This document shows positions 36,557 to 51,439 of a stretch of DNA of 64,000 bases, piece by piece (positions within the stretch are counted from its first letter, which is position 1; each line of letters starts with the position of its first letter). Origin of the DNA: Geosiphon pyriformis uo1 (lineage: Eukaryota > Fungi > Glomeromycota); contig JAAOMT010000299.1 in assembly GCA_016748015.1 (NCBI GenBank), forward strand, positions 781,090 through 845,089, in the 5' to 3' direction. The notes beneath the pieces were generated by a model. It was not told where the DNA came from. It made no database searches and saw only the letters and a list, made by a program, of their open reading frames with translations. The translations under genes and the position numbers were made by a program.

Positions 36557-38677
36557 TTATCTTCTTTTTTTTAATATTAAGCTCTATTGAAATTTTTATT
36601 TTGAATTAAGTCTATTACTTCTCTTTCTAATATTGTTTGTTCAATTCTGTTTTTTATTTTTTTGTATTAAAAGTTTTTTATTCTTTTCTACTGGTTAACA
36701 GTTATTGTTTCCATTTTTTGGTGTAATAGTATTTCTGAATAGTTTTAAAATATAGTGTATAGTTAGTAAATTATTTTGATGTATATTCTTGCATTTGTTT
36801 TTTTCTAATAAACTCTTTAATTTGTTGTATTATTGCTTGATTGAAGATTTGTTTAGATTTATTAATGTATAATTTTTGAATATTCAGCTTTTATCTTAGC
36901 TAATAATAACAATATACTATTGGAAATTGTTCTGTTTATAGCTTTTAGTTTTCCATGATTAGTTTTTCTGTTGAAATTTTTTTGGTATTTTCCCAAAAGT
37001 GTTTTTTATTTTTTCTATGATTTTATTTGATTAATATTTTGTTTGGTTCTGTAGTCACTGATATAGAGTTTTTCTTTCTTTTTTTGTGTTTCAATAACAA
37101 ATTGTTTGGTCGTTAATGACAATTTTCATGTCTAATTGTTGTTGATTCATGACTTAAAATAGTTGTTAAGTCATTGTGTAAATATAATTTGGTATTTTTA
37201 TCTTTTATTGTTGCTGTTGTCACATTTACTGTGTTTTTTATATTCTAATTTGTAGATTAATTTGACATGTTTGTATAGATGATTATGATTGGTTCTAGAT
37301 TTTATGGAATCTCATTTGGTTGGACTAGTATTTATTGTATTCCCAGTTGTAAAATATTACTGGTAAATGATAATACTATATTGTAATATAGTTTTAGTTA
37401 ATTTTTATATGCTGCTTTAGCTAAGATTTTATTGTTCTATCTTAGCTTATAAGTTTTATTTTCTAAAATTTTTTTAATGTAAAATGGTTTGTTTTATTTG
37501 GAATCGAATTTTTTACTTTATTGTTTTTCTGTTTTGGTATGATATAAGAGTATTTTGTTTCCAATCCTGAATTCAACTGGTTTATTGAGTAATTGGTTTT
37601 TTTGTGATTTTTTTATGTTATCAGTTGTTTTTTGTCTTTTGTTTTCTAAAGTTTTTATTAACTTGTATGTTTTTTTCAGCAATGTTCTTTGAAAGTTGGC
37701 TTTTGTTATTAATTCTATTGGATATGTGTTGATGTTTATTTTAACTGGTAATATTGTTGTTCTATCATAAACAAATTCAAATAGTATTGCTTGTGTGATA
37801 TCTTGCTTTATTGTTTGATAAGCAAATAGTACTGATGATATAAACAAATTTTATTTGTTCTGGTTTTCTTGGCTAATCTTGGCTATTGCTTTACACAATG
37901 TTCTGTTGAATCTTTTGACTAAGCCATTTGTTTGTAAATGGTATAGTAATGATAATAGTCTCTTAATTTTAAATCTTTGACTTAATTTTGTTAGTGTTCT
38001 GTTTACTAAGTGAGTTACTTGATCTAATAATAATTTTTTTGAACATCCATGTCAACAAATCAAATCTTAGTAAACAAATTCAGCTATGGATTCTGCATCT
38101 ACTCTTTGAATTGTTTTTAATTCTGGCTATTTTATAAGATAATCCATAGCTACTGCTATATAATAATTGTTTCTGTTGATTATTGTTAATGGTCCAACTA
38201 AGTTAATTTTAATTTAATCAAATAATTGTTTCACTTTGATTGGTTTTAACAGTTCATTGGGTCTTGTTTCTTCTCTTCTTTAATAAACATCACAATTTTG
38301 AATATATTAGATAATATTTGAATACATAAATAACCAATAGTATTTTTTTTTGGTTTTCTCCATAGTTGCTTCTTTATGAAAATATTTTGCTGTTAGATCT
38401 AAATACATGTTGAATAATATTGTTTCTTTTTCTGATTTTGTAATTACTCTGAATGGCTAATTTGAATCTTTTCTGTTCTTTCAATATAATATATTTTGGT
38501 AAGTAATAAAATATTTTGCTTGTTGTTTTATGTTGTTTTGTTTTTTTTGAGATAATTTTTTCTTAAACTGTTAAGTATTAATATAATAATGGAATTGTTA
38601 ATATTTTTGTGCATTCATCTTTTGTTATATTTTTGGGTTGAAATGTTTTTAGATTTGTTTTATTCACAACAAACTGT

Positions 38678-39631
38678 TGTTACCAATAGAATTTTAGCTA
38701 TTAATTAACATAAAATTATCTTCACAATTCCTATTATTAATTAATATATATTATTATTAATTCAATTATCACTTATTATTTAATCAAATTATTAAATATT
38801 ATTATTTAATTAATAATTTAATTTGTATCATAAAAATTAAGATGATCAAATTACACAACATCCTGAACCATTTAATATTCAAAAATTCGCCGAAATTAGC
38901 AGAAATTGGCCGAAATAATTAATGGTTTGTAGAAATAACTTGTAGTTTACCAAAATGTATTTTTAGTTTGCCAAAATTGTAGCAAAAAAAAAATGCAAGT
39001 TTAAAGACTAGTACTACAGCAAGTTGTATAAAAGAAGAGCTTCTTTCTTCAAAAAAATGTATTTTACTTTTAGATATTTTAATTTAAACAAATTACTTCT
39101 TATACATAATTACAAAATCAAATAAAAATTAAAATATTCAAAAACCAAATCCTTAATTATTATACTTGATATTCACAAAAACCCAACTAATATTTTGAAA
39201 TTAATTAGCTACCAATTTCAATAAATCTGTTAGTGACTTCAAGTCTGAATAGAAAATATTTCCCTTAACAAAATTCTATTTCTTTATATTTTTTTTATAT
39301 TTCTTTTTTTTTCTTATTATAATTATTAAAGTAGCCTACAGACAAGATTTCTGTAGAAAAATTAACTTTTACAGCAAAATAACTACACATTTTAGTGAGC
39401 TTCCAGATAAACAATTCTTAAAAAAGAGTTGATATTTACTACAATGTAATTACATAAAGTAACTGGCATGAAATTGGTCATTTCACTTATAAGCCCAGTA
39501 ATTCAAATTATAGAAGATAATTTGAAGATAAATTCAGTTATTAAAAATTCAACTACTTCCAAAAAATGTAAATTTACAGCAAACAAATATTAACAACATT
39601 CAAGAAAAAAGACCAAAAACTTCTGGTAATA
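38678..39631 (+). repeat. Solo LTR-like insert (family S1) in the RNase H end of E
   Basis: TGTTACCAA...CTGGTAATA, perfect TSD CTGT/CTGT; inverted homologue of 1446-2420. Confidence 0.9.
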
Positions 39632-42600
39632 CTGTCAGCATTTTTGGTTTTTTTTTTATAATGTACTATATAATTAAATAATAATAATTTTATTTTCCAT
39701 TTTGCATGACAGTTATCTCCAAATTTTTGTTTTTGGATTGATGTCAATCTTTTGTGATTAGTGTACACATCAAACTTTTGACTTAAATATTTTTTCCATT
39801 TTATGACAGCTCAGTAAATAGCCAAATGTTTTAGTGCTGGAGTTTCATAGTTTTTTTTAACTGAACTTAAGCTTTGGCTAGCATATACTACTAGATATTC
39901 TCTTCTATTTGGTTTTTTTTGTAATAATATTGCTTTTAAGACTTGACTTGATATATTGGTGGTAATAATAAATGGTTTGTTGTAATCTAAATAGATTAGT
40001 ATTAGTGCTTAAATAAGCTTTCTTCTTAAGATATTAAAAGCTTCTTGTTAGATTTCTATTCATTCATATTTCATATTCTTGGCTTGAAGCTAATAAAGTG
40101 GTTAAGCCAGTTTAGAGAAGTTCTGGATAAAATGTTAATAGTATCTGGCAAATCTCAAAAATGTTCTTAATTCTGTAAGATTTGTTGATACTAAAAAGTT
40201 TTTAACAGTCTTAATTTTATCTGGATCTATTTTGATGCCATTTTTGTTTACAACATGTTCCAAAAATCTCAGTTCTGTTTTGCCAAAAAAGCATTTATTT
40301 GCATTTAATTTTAGTTCAGTTCTCCTTAATCTCTTAAATACTTGCTAAAAATAATGTAGATAATTATCAAATATTTTGGAAAACATATTGGTATTATTTA
40401 AGTAGACTATTACTAATTTCTAAAGTAATCTAGTATAAACAATTTTTATTAATCATTAAAAGGTAGCTGAAGTATTTATTAAGCCAAATGGCATAATATT
40501 GAATTCAAAGTTCTTTTTTTTGGTAGTAAATACTGTTTTTTTTTTATCAGCTAAGTTCATGGCTACTTGCTAATAACTACTGTCTAGATCCAATGTTGAA
40601 AACCATTTTTTTTCTCCAAATGCATTGAATAATTCTTGAATCTGTGAATTTGAATAGCTGTTTCCATGAGTAATACTGTTGAGCTTTCTATAATCTATGC
40701 AAAAGCAGATTTTCTTATTCTTTTTATGAACAAATATCACTGGTAATAACCATAAACTCATTGATAGTTAAATTAACTTGTTGTTTAATATCTGGTTGAT
40801 TTCTTGTCAAATGATTTCATAACTTACTGGTAATACTTTGTATGTTCTTTGTTTAATTGGCATTATATCTTCTGTCTTGATTTGATGTTGAATGATATCA
40901 GTTTTGCCAAATTTATTTTTACTAGTAAATACATTAATAAAATTATTGAATAGCATCTTAAATTGCATACATTGAAGTGAATCTAAATTTCCCAAGTTTA
41001 TTTGTTCCAATTGTTTTGGTTAAAGCAAATAACATTCTTTTTATCTATATATTGTTTGTAATATAATATTCACATATCTACACAATTATGGAAAATCTGA
41101 AATAGTGTTTGATAGTTGGTTCTCAACTTTAGCGCTTAAGTATTTGATGATGGTTCTACTTGATATTTTAATAATGTTTCCAGTTGTATTATAGATGAAA
41201 ATTTTAATGTGTTTATAGTTTTTGGCCAGTATGTAGAAATTAGTAATTCCAATTTTTTTTGGTTTACAAATAGTTGGTTTTGTTTCAAAAATCTGGGGCT
41301 GGTTCTTTACTTTTCTTTTTATTATTAATATATACTAGTCATATGGTAGAATAGAAACTAATTAATTGATAAAGATAATTTCTCTCTTATCAATTGTTTT
41401 TCTTTTGTCATATTAATTGATATATCTATTCTATCCATAGATTTGAATCCATTTATCTCTCTTGCAGTTATTCTTAATTTTTCTTTTGTTCCTATTAACA
41501 CTAATTAAGCTATTTTTATCAGAGATAAAAATATTGCCTGTGCTATCTTTTCATTTAATTCAATAGTATATTTCTTTTCTAAATTATTTTGTAGTATTGC
41601 AATAATATTTTCTACATATTCTGCATCAATTATTCTTTTTTTGATACTAATTTTTTTTTTTGCTAAATTAAATTTAGATGCTAATTAAACTATTGTTGTT
41701 GCTAGAATTTCCAGTACTATTTTCAGATCTATACTAGTACATAAATATGATTCCAATTTGATGACAGTTTTTTCTTGATACTTAAGATCAAACCCTATAT
41801 TGGTATTATGTGTACATTTTGGCATAATATTTTTATCATTATTGCTAAATCATTTTAGTTCTTACTCTATTAATAAATCTGGAAGCATAATATATTGTTC
41901 AGAGTTGTAATTAGAGTTTGAATCATTATTGTTGTTGCCATAGTAAATGGAATTGGAACTGTTGTTGTTATTATTGTTAAAGTCTGAATTAAGATTAAAT
42001 TTTGATTTTAATTTTACTGTGCATTTGCTGGTTGGTTGGTTTTTTTTAGGAATCAAATAAATCATGTATGATAGTGAATTGTAAATAAAATTACAATCAT
42101 CACAATAATCAAAGTTACTGAAAATTAGACAATATTTACACAGTCTTGTGTTTAACTGTTCTAAACACTGTTTTTGCTTTTTTCTAATAAGTACTAAGTC
42201 TTAATAGTGTTTATAAAATTGTTTTAAATCACTTAGAATATCAAGAAATATGTTTGAATTGAAAATAAAAATGGTCTCAACCAGTTCTGGTGAGTTGTTT
42301 TTAATCACCAATATTTTATTAAGCAAAATATTTTTGATTTTGGCACTTGTCTTTACCAGATTTTGTTCTCATTGTGTGAGTAACCATCTAAGTATAAGAG
42401 TATTCAATTCTATACAGTGTTAAAAAGTGTTTTTTGGCTCACCTAATTACTAATAAAAATTGTATATTAACACAATACATTGTATGTTTTTTTTTAACCA
42501 GAAATGTTATTTCACATTTCTTTATCAAATAATATTTCTCTACAAACAAGACATGATTCATTGTTCTACTATTCTTGTTATTTTGAATAACCAAAATGTT

Positions 42601-43830
42601 CTTAATAGTATGGTTTGCAGTAATAATAGGTATGTGTCTAATAGTCTTCATTTGATACTACTTAAGCTCTTATAAATAAAAGCTTCTTCTTGTAATCAAT
42701 ATATTTGAAAGAAATATAAGATAGTTCCTTTCTTGTGTCTACTGAATATAGTATATGCCAAGTGTTGGCAGTTTTACTGACATTAGTAGTGGTTTGTGGT
42801 TTGTCCTCCTCTTTTTTTTTTCTCTTTGTTATCTCACAATAGGATTGATAATAGCTTGTTATGGTCTTCTTTTACCCATAATACTTGATACACTTCCCAG
42901 GTAGATTTTTTTTTCCAATTCAATTAGTGGTGGTTGGGTAGTAATAGTTGGCTTAAAGTGGCTGCAAGTGGCAAGTACTTGAGTTTGCAAACCATTTTTA
43001 CTGAACTGTAGCTTTTGGGTATTCCAATTGAGCATGGCATTGGTTTTAAACAACCAGTCATTACCAACTAGCACTTGGTATTAGGTGGCTTCTATAATGA
43101 GAACTTTGATAAGTGTCATAATGCCATTGACTTCAAATAAAAAGTTGTTAATCTCACCAATAGGCATTTTTGTTACTTTATTGTAGTGATTATTCTAGTG
43201 TTGACAGTATGATTAACTTGGCAACTTAATTGGTTCATAAGTTGTTGAGTAATTATACTGTCTGTTAAACCACTATCAAAAATTAGCTTAATAAAGTGGC
43301 TATCAACTTTGATATTTGTGTATATTGCTATAATAAATTGGGTGCCAATAGCTGTTCCATTGAATAGAGATGGCATTGTTGATTCTTTTATTTTAAATAA
43401 AAACATGACTATGAATAATTTGTTCTTAGTAATAGTCATTGGTAAGATATTGTCAATAAGTGAGTTTTTTGGGTTTTTCAAGTTATTAGATGAGTTGGTT
43501 TTTAAAGTAATTAGGAGACTTAAATAGTTCTGAGAATTTGGGTTTTAAGAGTACCCATTTCCCATACTCTATTGGCATAATCTTAATTGTTGATTTAAAG
43601 AATTAAAAATTAGTTGGTATATTACTATTGCCAATTTTCAATTCTGTTGAATAATTTTTAGCCTTTGGCTTTTGTTTGGAGATAAGTTTTGGGGCTGGGT
43701 TTGAATTTGTTGGAGTTGATATATTATTTGAGGCTGAAACAGCTGATAAATTACTGGTGTTGGAGTTTAATAGATTAATGACTGATAAATCAATTGTGTT
43801 AGTTGTGAGTAATATAGTTAATAGTAATAT

Positions 43831-44470
43831 TGTTACGGGTTGGAGTAACAAGCTAACAGATAGCAAAAGAGAACAGAATTGTAGGATGATAAAAATAATC
43901 AAAGAGAATTCAACTTCAAAGAGCAAATTAAATAAATATGGATTCAATGTGCGAAATTAGTCTCATAAAATATCTCAGTCACTATTCTTTTCAAAAGGTA
44001 ACTAGGGAATCTGAAGATAGAGGAATAGTCCATATTGTCAACAAATGATCATACTTGGTATAATTCTATGTTTTACATTAGCACTCTTAGAATTCAATAT
44101 CAAGTATCAGATGTGCTTTTCAGTCACGTTTTATTCAATAATCTTTAAATGCTACACTTATACATTTCAGGAAAAGGATAAGAATTAACCAACAAGTAAT
44201 TTTTTATTCCAAGATGTTCAGATACTTGAAGGTAGGGAAAGGGAAATTAGTGATAAGAGAATAATTGAGATAAAAGTTGTTATTTTATTTATTCTTGATT
44301 ATTTTGAACATGTTTTTCTATAGCTAAGAGATTCATTGCTTATATAATTGTCAAAAATGGTCAATAATCAAGTCAATGATTACTATCTAAAAATAGAGTG
44401 GCTAATTTATATGACATCAATAACTAATACATGTAATAATTAATAAGAAATATAAGTTTCAACCATAACA
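43831..44470 (-). repeat. Solo LTR of the G family in gag of E
   Basis: TGTTACGGGTTGGA...TTCAACCATAACA, TSD ATAT/ATAT; its reverse complement matches the 5' LTR of G. Confidence 0.9.
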
Positions 44471-46286
44471 ATATTGTTTGGGTGATTAATTACTGATGTA
44501 GTTTGGAGTTTGAAATCTGCAATTGGGGTTTTAATATTGATTTTTTGATCATTGATTACTCAGTCTTAGATGATAATCTATTCTCAAGTGTTCTTGTTTA
44601 CCACAATAGTAACAATTACACATCTTTTGTTATTACTATTAATTGGTTAATAATAATATTATTAGATATAATTGATTTTAAAACTAATTTGGATTTCTTT
44701 GATTTTTATGCTGTTGTGAAGATTAATAAATTGCCTGATTGTTAGCTAAGTATTCTTTCAATTTTTGATTGATTGAATTACTAAATTGTTTTAATTTAGA
44801 ATTTAAGTCAGATAATTCATTTATTACTAAATTTATGGCTTAGACATAGTTGGCTTTTAATTCAGCTGATTCAAAATCTCTGGCATACATAATTGTGTCT
44901 TAAAATATTTGTAAATATAATAGATATATGCATTGTAGAAAATTACTGCACAGACCACAGATGAACTAATTTAAGATTTGTATTTGGCACAGATTTTTAT
45001 AGAAGCATTCTAAGTAAATGGTGACTGCTTTTGTGTCTCCTTGTTTAATAGTAGTGAAAACAGTTGCCAAGCAATTAATATTGTTATTTTTACTAAAATA
45101 TCTAAGAAATTCAATTTTAAATACATTAAAAGTAATGGGTTTATTGATCAAGCTTTAATATTATGAATTAGCAGTATCTTATAGAAAGTATAAAATAGCT
45201 TGTAAAGTTCTAATATTATCTTAGTTATTGGCAATAATTGCTTTAGTGATGTTATTGAGCCAGACTTGGGCATTGTTTTCTTTACTGGTAAACTTTTCTA
45301 ATTTGACAATAGAAGTATATGCTATTGGTAATAGTTGTTATGGTGGTTTTTGCTGCAGTTGTTGTTGTTAAGTGTGTTGTTGTTAAGCAGTAATTGATAC
45401 AATTAGTGGTGGATCAATTATAATTATTGAAAATAAGTTTTGGAAAACAATAGGAATAGGATTTGAATTGTTTAGATTCTACTGGGTCTAAACAATCAGA
45501 ATTTAAATTTTCAGATTTTCTAAGATTGGGTTTTGATAATTAAATTCTTGATCTTCATTTTTCTCTTTTTTTAAGTAAGTTATTTTTCATAAACTGGTAG
45601 TTCTGAAATTCAGTTGTAGTGGTGGTAATAATTAACGTTCTAATAGCATTGTTGGTCATGAATTAAATCTCTTAAAATACTTACTATAAGTTCTCAATAG
45701 TTTAGCTTTTTCTTGTTTACTTTGAAATGGAATTCTAGCTAATAGAAGTTTTGTGGTTGATGTGAATGCACTTGCTGATGTTATATTAATAATACTTTCT
45801 AATATATAATAATATGACAAGTAAATAAATAAGACAACTTTTGGTTTCTTCTAAGTAAGTAGTTGTATTTTTTTTGGTGTTCCTGCTGGTGTTTGTAATT
45901 TTTTTTTGTCTGCAAAAATAATAAGAAATCTTTATTAAGTGTAATTTCTAATTTTTTTATTTATTTCTATGATTGTTGGTGTAAACAGATGATTTGGTAA
46001 AAGTATAGTGTTTTGGAATAATTCACTGTTAAAGTTGTTGAGAGTGGCTTCTAGATTTTCTTTGATTCCCAAATAGAATTTGATTTTTTTGTTGACATAG
46101 AAATTAAAAGCTAATTTTGCTTACCAATTGTTATTTATCAATTCAAGATTATTTTTATAGTGCTAAAATAAGGATTTTGCAAATTCTAAATAATTTTCTC
46201 CTATACTTTTTTGGTCTGCCACTTTTTCAGATGGTTGTTGTTAGTGCTGGTTCTTTGTTAAATTATACCTTATAGAAAGCACCAAA

Positions 46287-47127
46287 TATTACAAGTAATT
46301 ATTTGGAGTATGGAAACAAATAACAAACTCATAACTTGGTGCTCAATGGCTTTTACAGTTGGTAATATCTAAAGATTTTTTTTGTGATTTAAAGGTTTTA
46401 GTTGAGTTTTTTGTATAATAAACAGAAATTCAATAGTTGTTTTGGTAATCTCTCAGAATAATTATTCTATCAAATTTTTTTTTTAGCATAATGGCCAGTT
46501 TATTTTGACAGTTATGCCTTTCTGATAAGCTATTCTCAATTTCCGAGTTCTTTACCCTTATTTTTGAGTTTTTTACCAGGCTATCTTTAACATCAAATTA
46601 CTCAATATTTAATTTTTTTAATTAGTTAGTAAATTAAACAACAAAAAAAAATAAAAAAAATAAGAAATTAATATTCTGTTAATAGCTGTGATTAAAAGCT
46701 ATTGTTCTAGTATGGTTAAGTATTGGATTTTATCAACATAGAATGTTGATAGAGTAGAAATAATGAATATTTCTTAATTAAATAACAATAACATAGATTT
46801 AAGTATTAATTGATATTTTATTAATAGGTAATAAAATTTTACTTTAAGTTGTAGAAAACTATCTTTTGAAAGAAGAGGTAAGATATAATTAATAAATTGT
46901 GAGTATTAATTCTAAACTGGATTCTGGAATAGATTCTCTCTTTTCTGTTTCTAATACTCTAACTATATATACATATTTCTTGTTCTATAAGATCTTATAT
47001 TTTTCTTAAGCAATGTGTTATAGTTTTTTGATATTATGCTTACATGTTAAGTACTATTTTTCTATTAATCTATTTTCTTATCTGTTTTTTTCCAGCTTTC
47101 TCTTTTTGTATCTTTTTATGAATAACA
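46287..47127 (-). repeat. 5' LTR of E
   Basis: Adjacent to the PBS; ends AATAACA. Confidence 0.88.
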
Positions 47128-48097
47128 CCATAGAAGTCTTTTATAAACAATATTTATTAGTTACTAGAATGTTGCTGAAACATTGCAGAATTCAAAAAGC
47201 ATAATATTGAATTTGTAGTTTTTTTTTTGAGTAATAAAAGCTGTTTTATGCAGTCCTTAGAATCTATTTCAACTTGTCAGTATCTATTTTTCAAGTCTAA
47301 AATTGAGAAAAACTTGGTTTTTCTAAGAGCATCTAGCATATTGTTAATTCTTGAAAGGAAATAAGCATCTTTAATTGTCACACTATTTAATTGTTGATAG
47401 TCAATACAAAATTTGATTTTTTCATTTTTTTTTTAATAAGAACTACTGATGAAATTCAAAAACTTTTTAATGATAAAATAAAATTATTATTAAGCATTTA
47501 TTGCACTTTTTCTTTAATAAATTAGTGGTTGGTAAGTGGGACTTAATAGACTTGTTGGTGTTTTGGTAGAATATCTCTTGTGTAAATTTAATGCTACACA
47601 ATATTAGTTTTTTCCAGATTGTTGTTGTCTTTGGCAAATATATCAGCATATTTAATAATTAATTGTTTTAATTGTCTTTGTTATTGGGGTTTTAAGAGAT
47701 CTATTTTGATTCAAAAAAGTTTTTTTTTAATTAGATGGTAATTTTTAATAGTGAACAAAATATTTGGGTTTGAAAAAAAAATGTGTCTTACAATTTTAAT
47801 AAAATTAGAGACAATTTAAAGAGTTTTGTTCTAAAAAATATTGTTATATATAATTCTAATTTCTAATTTATTTAATAAAATAATAAGATAACTATTAGGG
47901 TTATAAAAAGTAACTTGGAATTTTTTTATTTCTTTTGGAATATAACCATTTGGAATTGAAATTTTATGTTTAGACAAATTTATTTATTGAATTCAAAAAT
48001 TTGTTAGATAATAATTGATAAATAAATTATAACTGAAAAATATATTTGATATCTAATATCAAATTCTAAAAACACCAATATAAAACATAAAATATAC

Positions 48098-48205
48098 TGT
48101 TATAAGTTAGAATAATAAGTTAATAGATAGCAAAAAAAAAACAGAATTGTAGAATAATAAAAATAATCAAAAAAAATTATAATAAGAGAGTAAATTAAAT
48201 ATGTA
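48098..48205 (-). repeat. Fragment of a G-family LTR, cut off by element H
   Basis: TGTTATAAGTTAGAATAATAAGTTAATAGATAGC aligns with the sequence starting at 43831. Confidence 0.7.
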
Positions 48206-48206
48206 T

Positions 48207-50572
48207 TATTATAAGTAAACTTAGTAAAATATAGTAGTAATATTTGGTGCTCTAAATTTAGATAAAAAAAGCTTAAAATTTTCTATTCTCAATATATAAG
48301 ATAAGTTAGTAATATTAGTTTTTGAAGATTTTTGCTAATTTTATCTGTAGAGTTCTTTGGTTATAAGACACAAAAAGATGTTTTGGTTGTTTGTGGTTTA
48401 AGTATATGAGCTATTTTCTCTGAGCTAATTGAGTACAGTTGCTAGAGTTTGATAATGGTTTTTTGTCTTTTTAATAAACTAATAACATAATATTAATATT
48501 TAATTTTAGAAAAAGCTTTTTTTTTTTACCAAACTATCATAAAATCTATTCTCAAACAGTTGATTTTACAATATTACTGCTTCACAAAAATAAAATAAAA
48601 TAAAGAAATTATTATTATTAATTACTATAATTAAAAGTAATTGGTCTAAGTTATTATTATTTAAAGCAATTTTATGCTAAAAGCATCTGGCTAGAAATAA
48701 AAATAAAAAAATGATTAATTTGTTTAAACACAAAATTTGTGATTTTTGGTTTTAAATATTTTTTTTATTTAAGATAATATAAGTATATAGGTAAGATAGA
48801 TCTAAGAAATATAAGTAAAAAAATATATTTGGATTTTTTCTATCTGTCTGTTTGTCTTTTTTTTTTGCTAAAACTATTTGTTTTTATACATATTTTTAGT
48901 TTTACAAAATTGTTTTTAATTATTTGTTATTACTAGCTATTGTTTACTATTTCTGTTGCTTTATTTTTTTTTTTATAATTAATTATTTTATGTTATGGCT
49001 AGTTATTTTATATTATTGTGTATTATCTTATATTATTCTGAGTTATTATATGTTATTTGTATTATTTTACATTATTATGGTTTTTTTAAGTTATTATGTT
49101 TTTAATCACATTTTTTTAATATCTTTTAAATTGGTTTTTCTATTCAGATAATATTATTCTTCTCTTTTAGAATTAAGCTTTTACAAGATTATATGTATTT
49201 GTAAAAATTATTTTTTTAGTATAATATTCAATAGTTGTGTTGAGTATGGCTTTTTATAGGTCTTTAAACTGTGTATTTGTTATTTGTTTTATGTTGTTAA
49301 CTGTAATAAACTTTAATAAACTGTTTAACAGTATTGTTAAACAATATTTAAATACTAAATACAGTTAGTATATTGTTTTGTAATATAATATTAGATTATT
49401 TTTTTCAATAAATTCTATTACTTGTTTTAAAGCTTTTTTGTTAAATATTTGTTTATTAATATCTAAGTATAGTGTTTATAAGTTGAGTCTTTTGCCAATT
49501 TTAAAGAATTAATATACTAGTAATAGTCTTTTTTCTATACTTTGGAGATTTTCAGTGTCCAGTTTTCTATTATTGGTTTTAAGATTAGCTTATTTAAAGG
49601 TTTTTTAATTTTATTAAGCTTATTTAACCACATATTTTTTTTTTTAATTATTTGTAAGAATAAAAACATTTAGTTCTAGTTAAACTCTTGTATATCTTTT
49701 TTTTGTGCAAATTTTTGTATTATATATCTTTTTTATTAATTGTAATTTTTATTGGTATTGTAAATTGTTGTTTTAAAAGTCTTAGAATTTTATTTAAAAG
49801 ATCCATATTAAGAGTTTTATTGTCTTTTTTTTGCTGTTTTGGTCATTATATATACTTAAATTTTTTTTCAATTAAATTATTATATATTAATTATGTTTTG
49901 ATAATAATAATTGGTTTTAAATCTTGTAATATATCTTCTGGTCTGATTAATAGAATTTGTGTTTTTAGTTAAGATACAAATAACAATAATTTTTGGTTGA
50001 TATAATAAATTTTTAAATAAATTTTATGTGCTACTTTCTTTAAAATTTTTTTCTCCAATTTTAATTTGTAAGCTTTATTGCCTAAAACTTCATATATGTG
50101 AAAAAATTTGTCTCATTTGGGTTAAACTTTTTATTCTACTGTTTTTTAGCTTTTGTACAATATAATAATATTCAATCTTCAATTTTAAATTCAATTGGTT
50201 GGTTAAATAGGCAATTATCATGTCTTTTTTTTTGTCATTTTTAAGCATTATTTATATTGTTAACTGTTGTTTTATTATTGTTTTCTAATGTTTTTATAAA
50301 CTAATATGTTTTTTGGTTTAAAATAGCTTCAAAATTTTCTTTAGTAATTGTTTTTATAAAGAAAAAAGGTATTTTTTATTTAATAAGTAGAGTGATTTTT
50401 TTTTATAAACTAATTTAAATAGCATAAACTAGATAGTATTTAGGATATAAATAAGTTCTATTCTTGTGTATTTTTATAATTTATTTTTGCTAATGCTTTA
50501 CACAATATTCAGTTAAATCATTTTACCAATCTATTTATTTATGAATGATATAGTAATAATAAGAGTTGATTT
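48207..50572 (-). mobile_element. Element H: 5'-truncated, heavily decayed Gypsy element (3' LTR ~48207-49153, ORF3 ~49170-49860, integrase C-terminal half up to ~50572)
   Basis: PPT-like TTATTCTTCTCTTTTAG next to the LTR; minus strand gives EFKIED..VLGNKAYKLKL and YHS..LVK..ILCKALAK. Confidence 0.75.
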
Positions 50573-51439
50573 TCAAGAAAATATTGGTATTATATGGATC
50601 TCTATAAAAAAAATCTTAATAGAAAATTAGTAGAATATGCTATAAAAAAGTATAAATTTTATAGAAGAATTCCAGATAATATTCTTGAAGAATTAAACAA
50701 ATTAAATAATATTCAAACTTTGTAATACTGTATTTGGTTTTATATTATATAAAATTTAATAAAATTTTATTTTTTATTATAAATAATATATTAAAAACAC
50801 ATGTATATTAACAAATAAAATTTAATTATATAAATAAAAACACGTGAAGATCATCATTTAAAATTTCTATTTTTGATGATTATAAATGGTTTGCACCATA
50901 GAGCGACCAAAGTATAGTAATGGCTTTGGGTCCGAGTATTTCCTTCCATGCAATCGCTCTAGTGAATATGCAAAAGTACTGTACATACTTTGTTTAAGAG
51001 AGTAATAAAGAGAATCGATTGTTGTAACTGTTTTTTGCAATTCAAATTCAGTTATCCATTATCATACGACTCGTTACAATACACACGTAAAAAACAATTG
51101 CTTCACTTCCAAAAACAGAATTGCATTACGTAGTAGTAGCAGAATACAATACAAAAATTAAACCATTTGTTAATTGCTCCATAACGTGATATGCAAAGAA
51201 GCGTATAAAAGAGATTTCCCTTTGTCTTCATTATCCTGACAAAAGCATGGAGGGTTCCCGATCTGCTTTGCCAAGTGTGCTGGATCCGGGTAACTATAGT
51301 TGATTCGGCGCTTCAATACGGAGAAGTATCACATGTTTGTGTAAGTAAAACGTATAAACAGGGCTGAATTGGGTGGACGCAGATCGCGACTGTTCCTTTT
51401 TATCACTATCTTTCACTAACTTACGAAAAACATCTAGAC

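Larger units (their letters stand above)
35614..47127 (-). mobile_element. Element E: full-length decayed dUTPase-Gypsy element inserted in the RT of F, carrying two solo LTRs
   Basis: LTRs 35614-36556 and 46287-47127, PBS 46268-46284, PPT ~36559-36573. ORF3 ~36572-37200, IN 37260-38618, RT/RH 38650-40930, dUTPase ~41430-41825, protease ~42950-43340, gag up to ~46222. Confidence 0.9.
33936..47750 (-). mobile_element. Element F: older, more divergent Gypsy pol remnant (IN-RH-RT at 33936-35613, RT N-terminal part at 47128-~47750); host of A and E
   Basis: Minus strand gives VGINLVRP, VAIDYFTK, LTNVLHTAFGTILLQ, DTNIYSS, FSILDLK and FCIDYQQLN; no LTR of its own was recognised. Confidence 0.8.

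Noticed and set aside
47750-48097. AT-rich segments (also 50573-50840 and 54400-55023) as further transposon remnants or as termini of a mobile unit carrying the NTPase gene
   Set aside because: I could not identify terminal repeats, TSDs or protein motifs, so they are left unassigned.
48924-49972. Hydrophobic ORFs resembling membrane proteins
   Set aside because: T-rich by-products of the eroded LTR and the antisense strand of ORF3 in element H.
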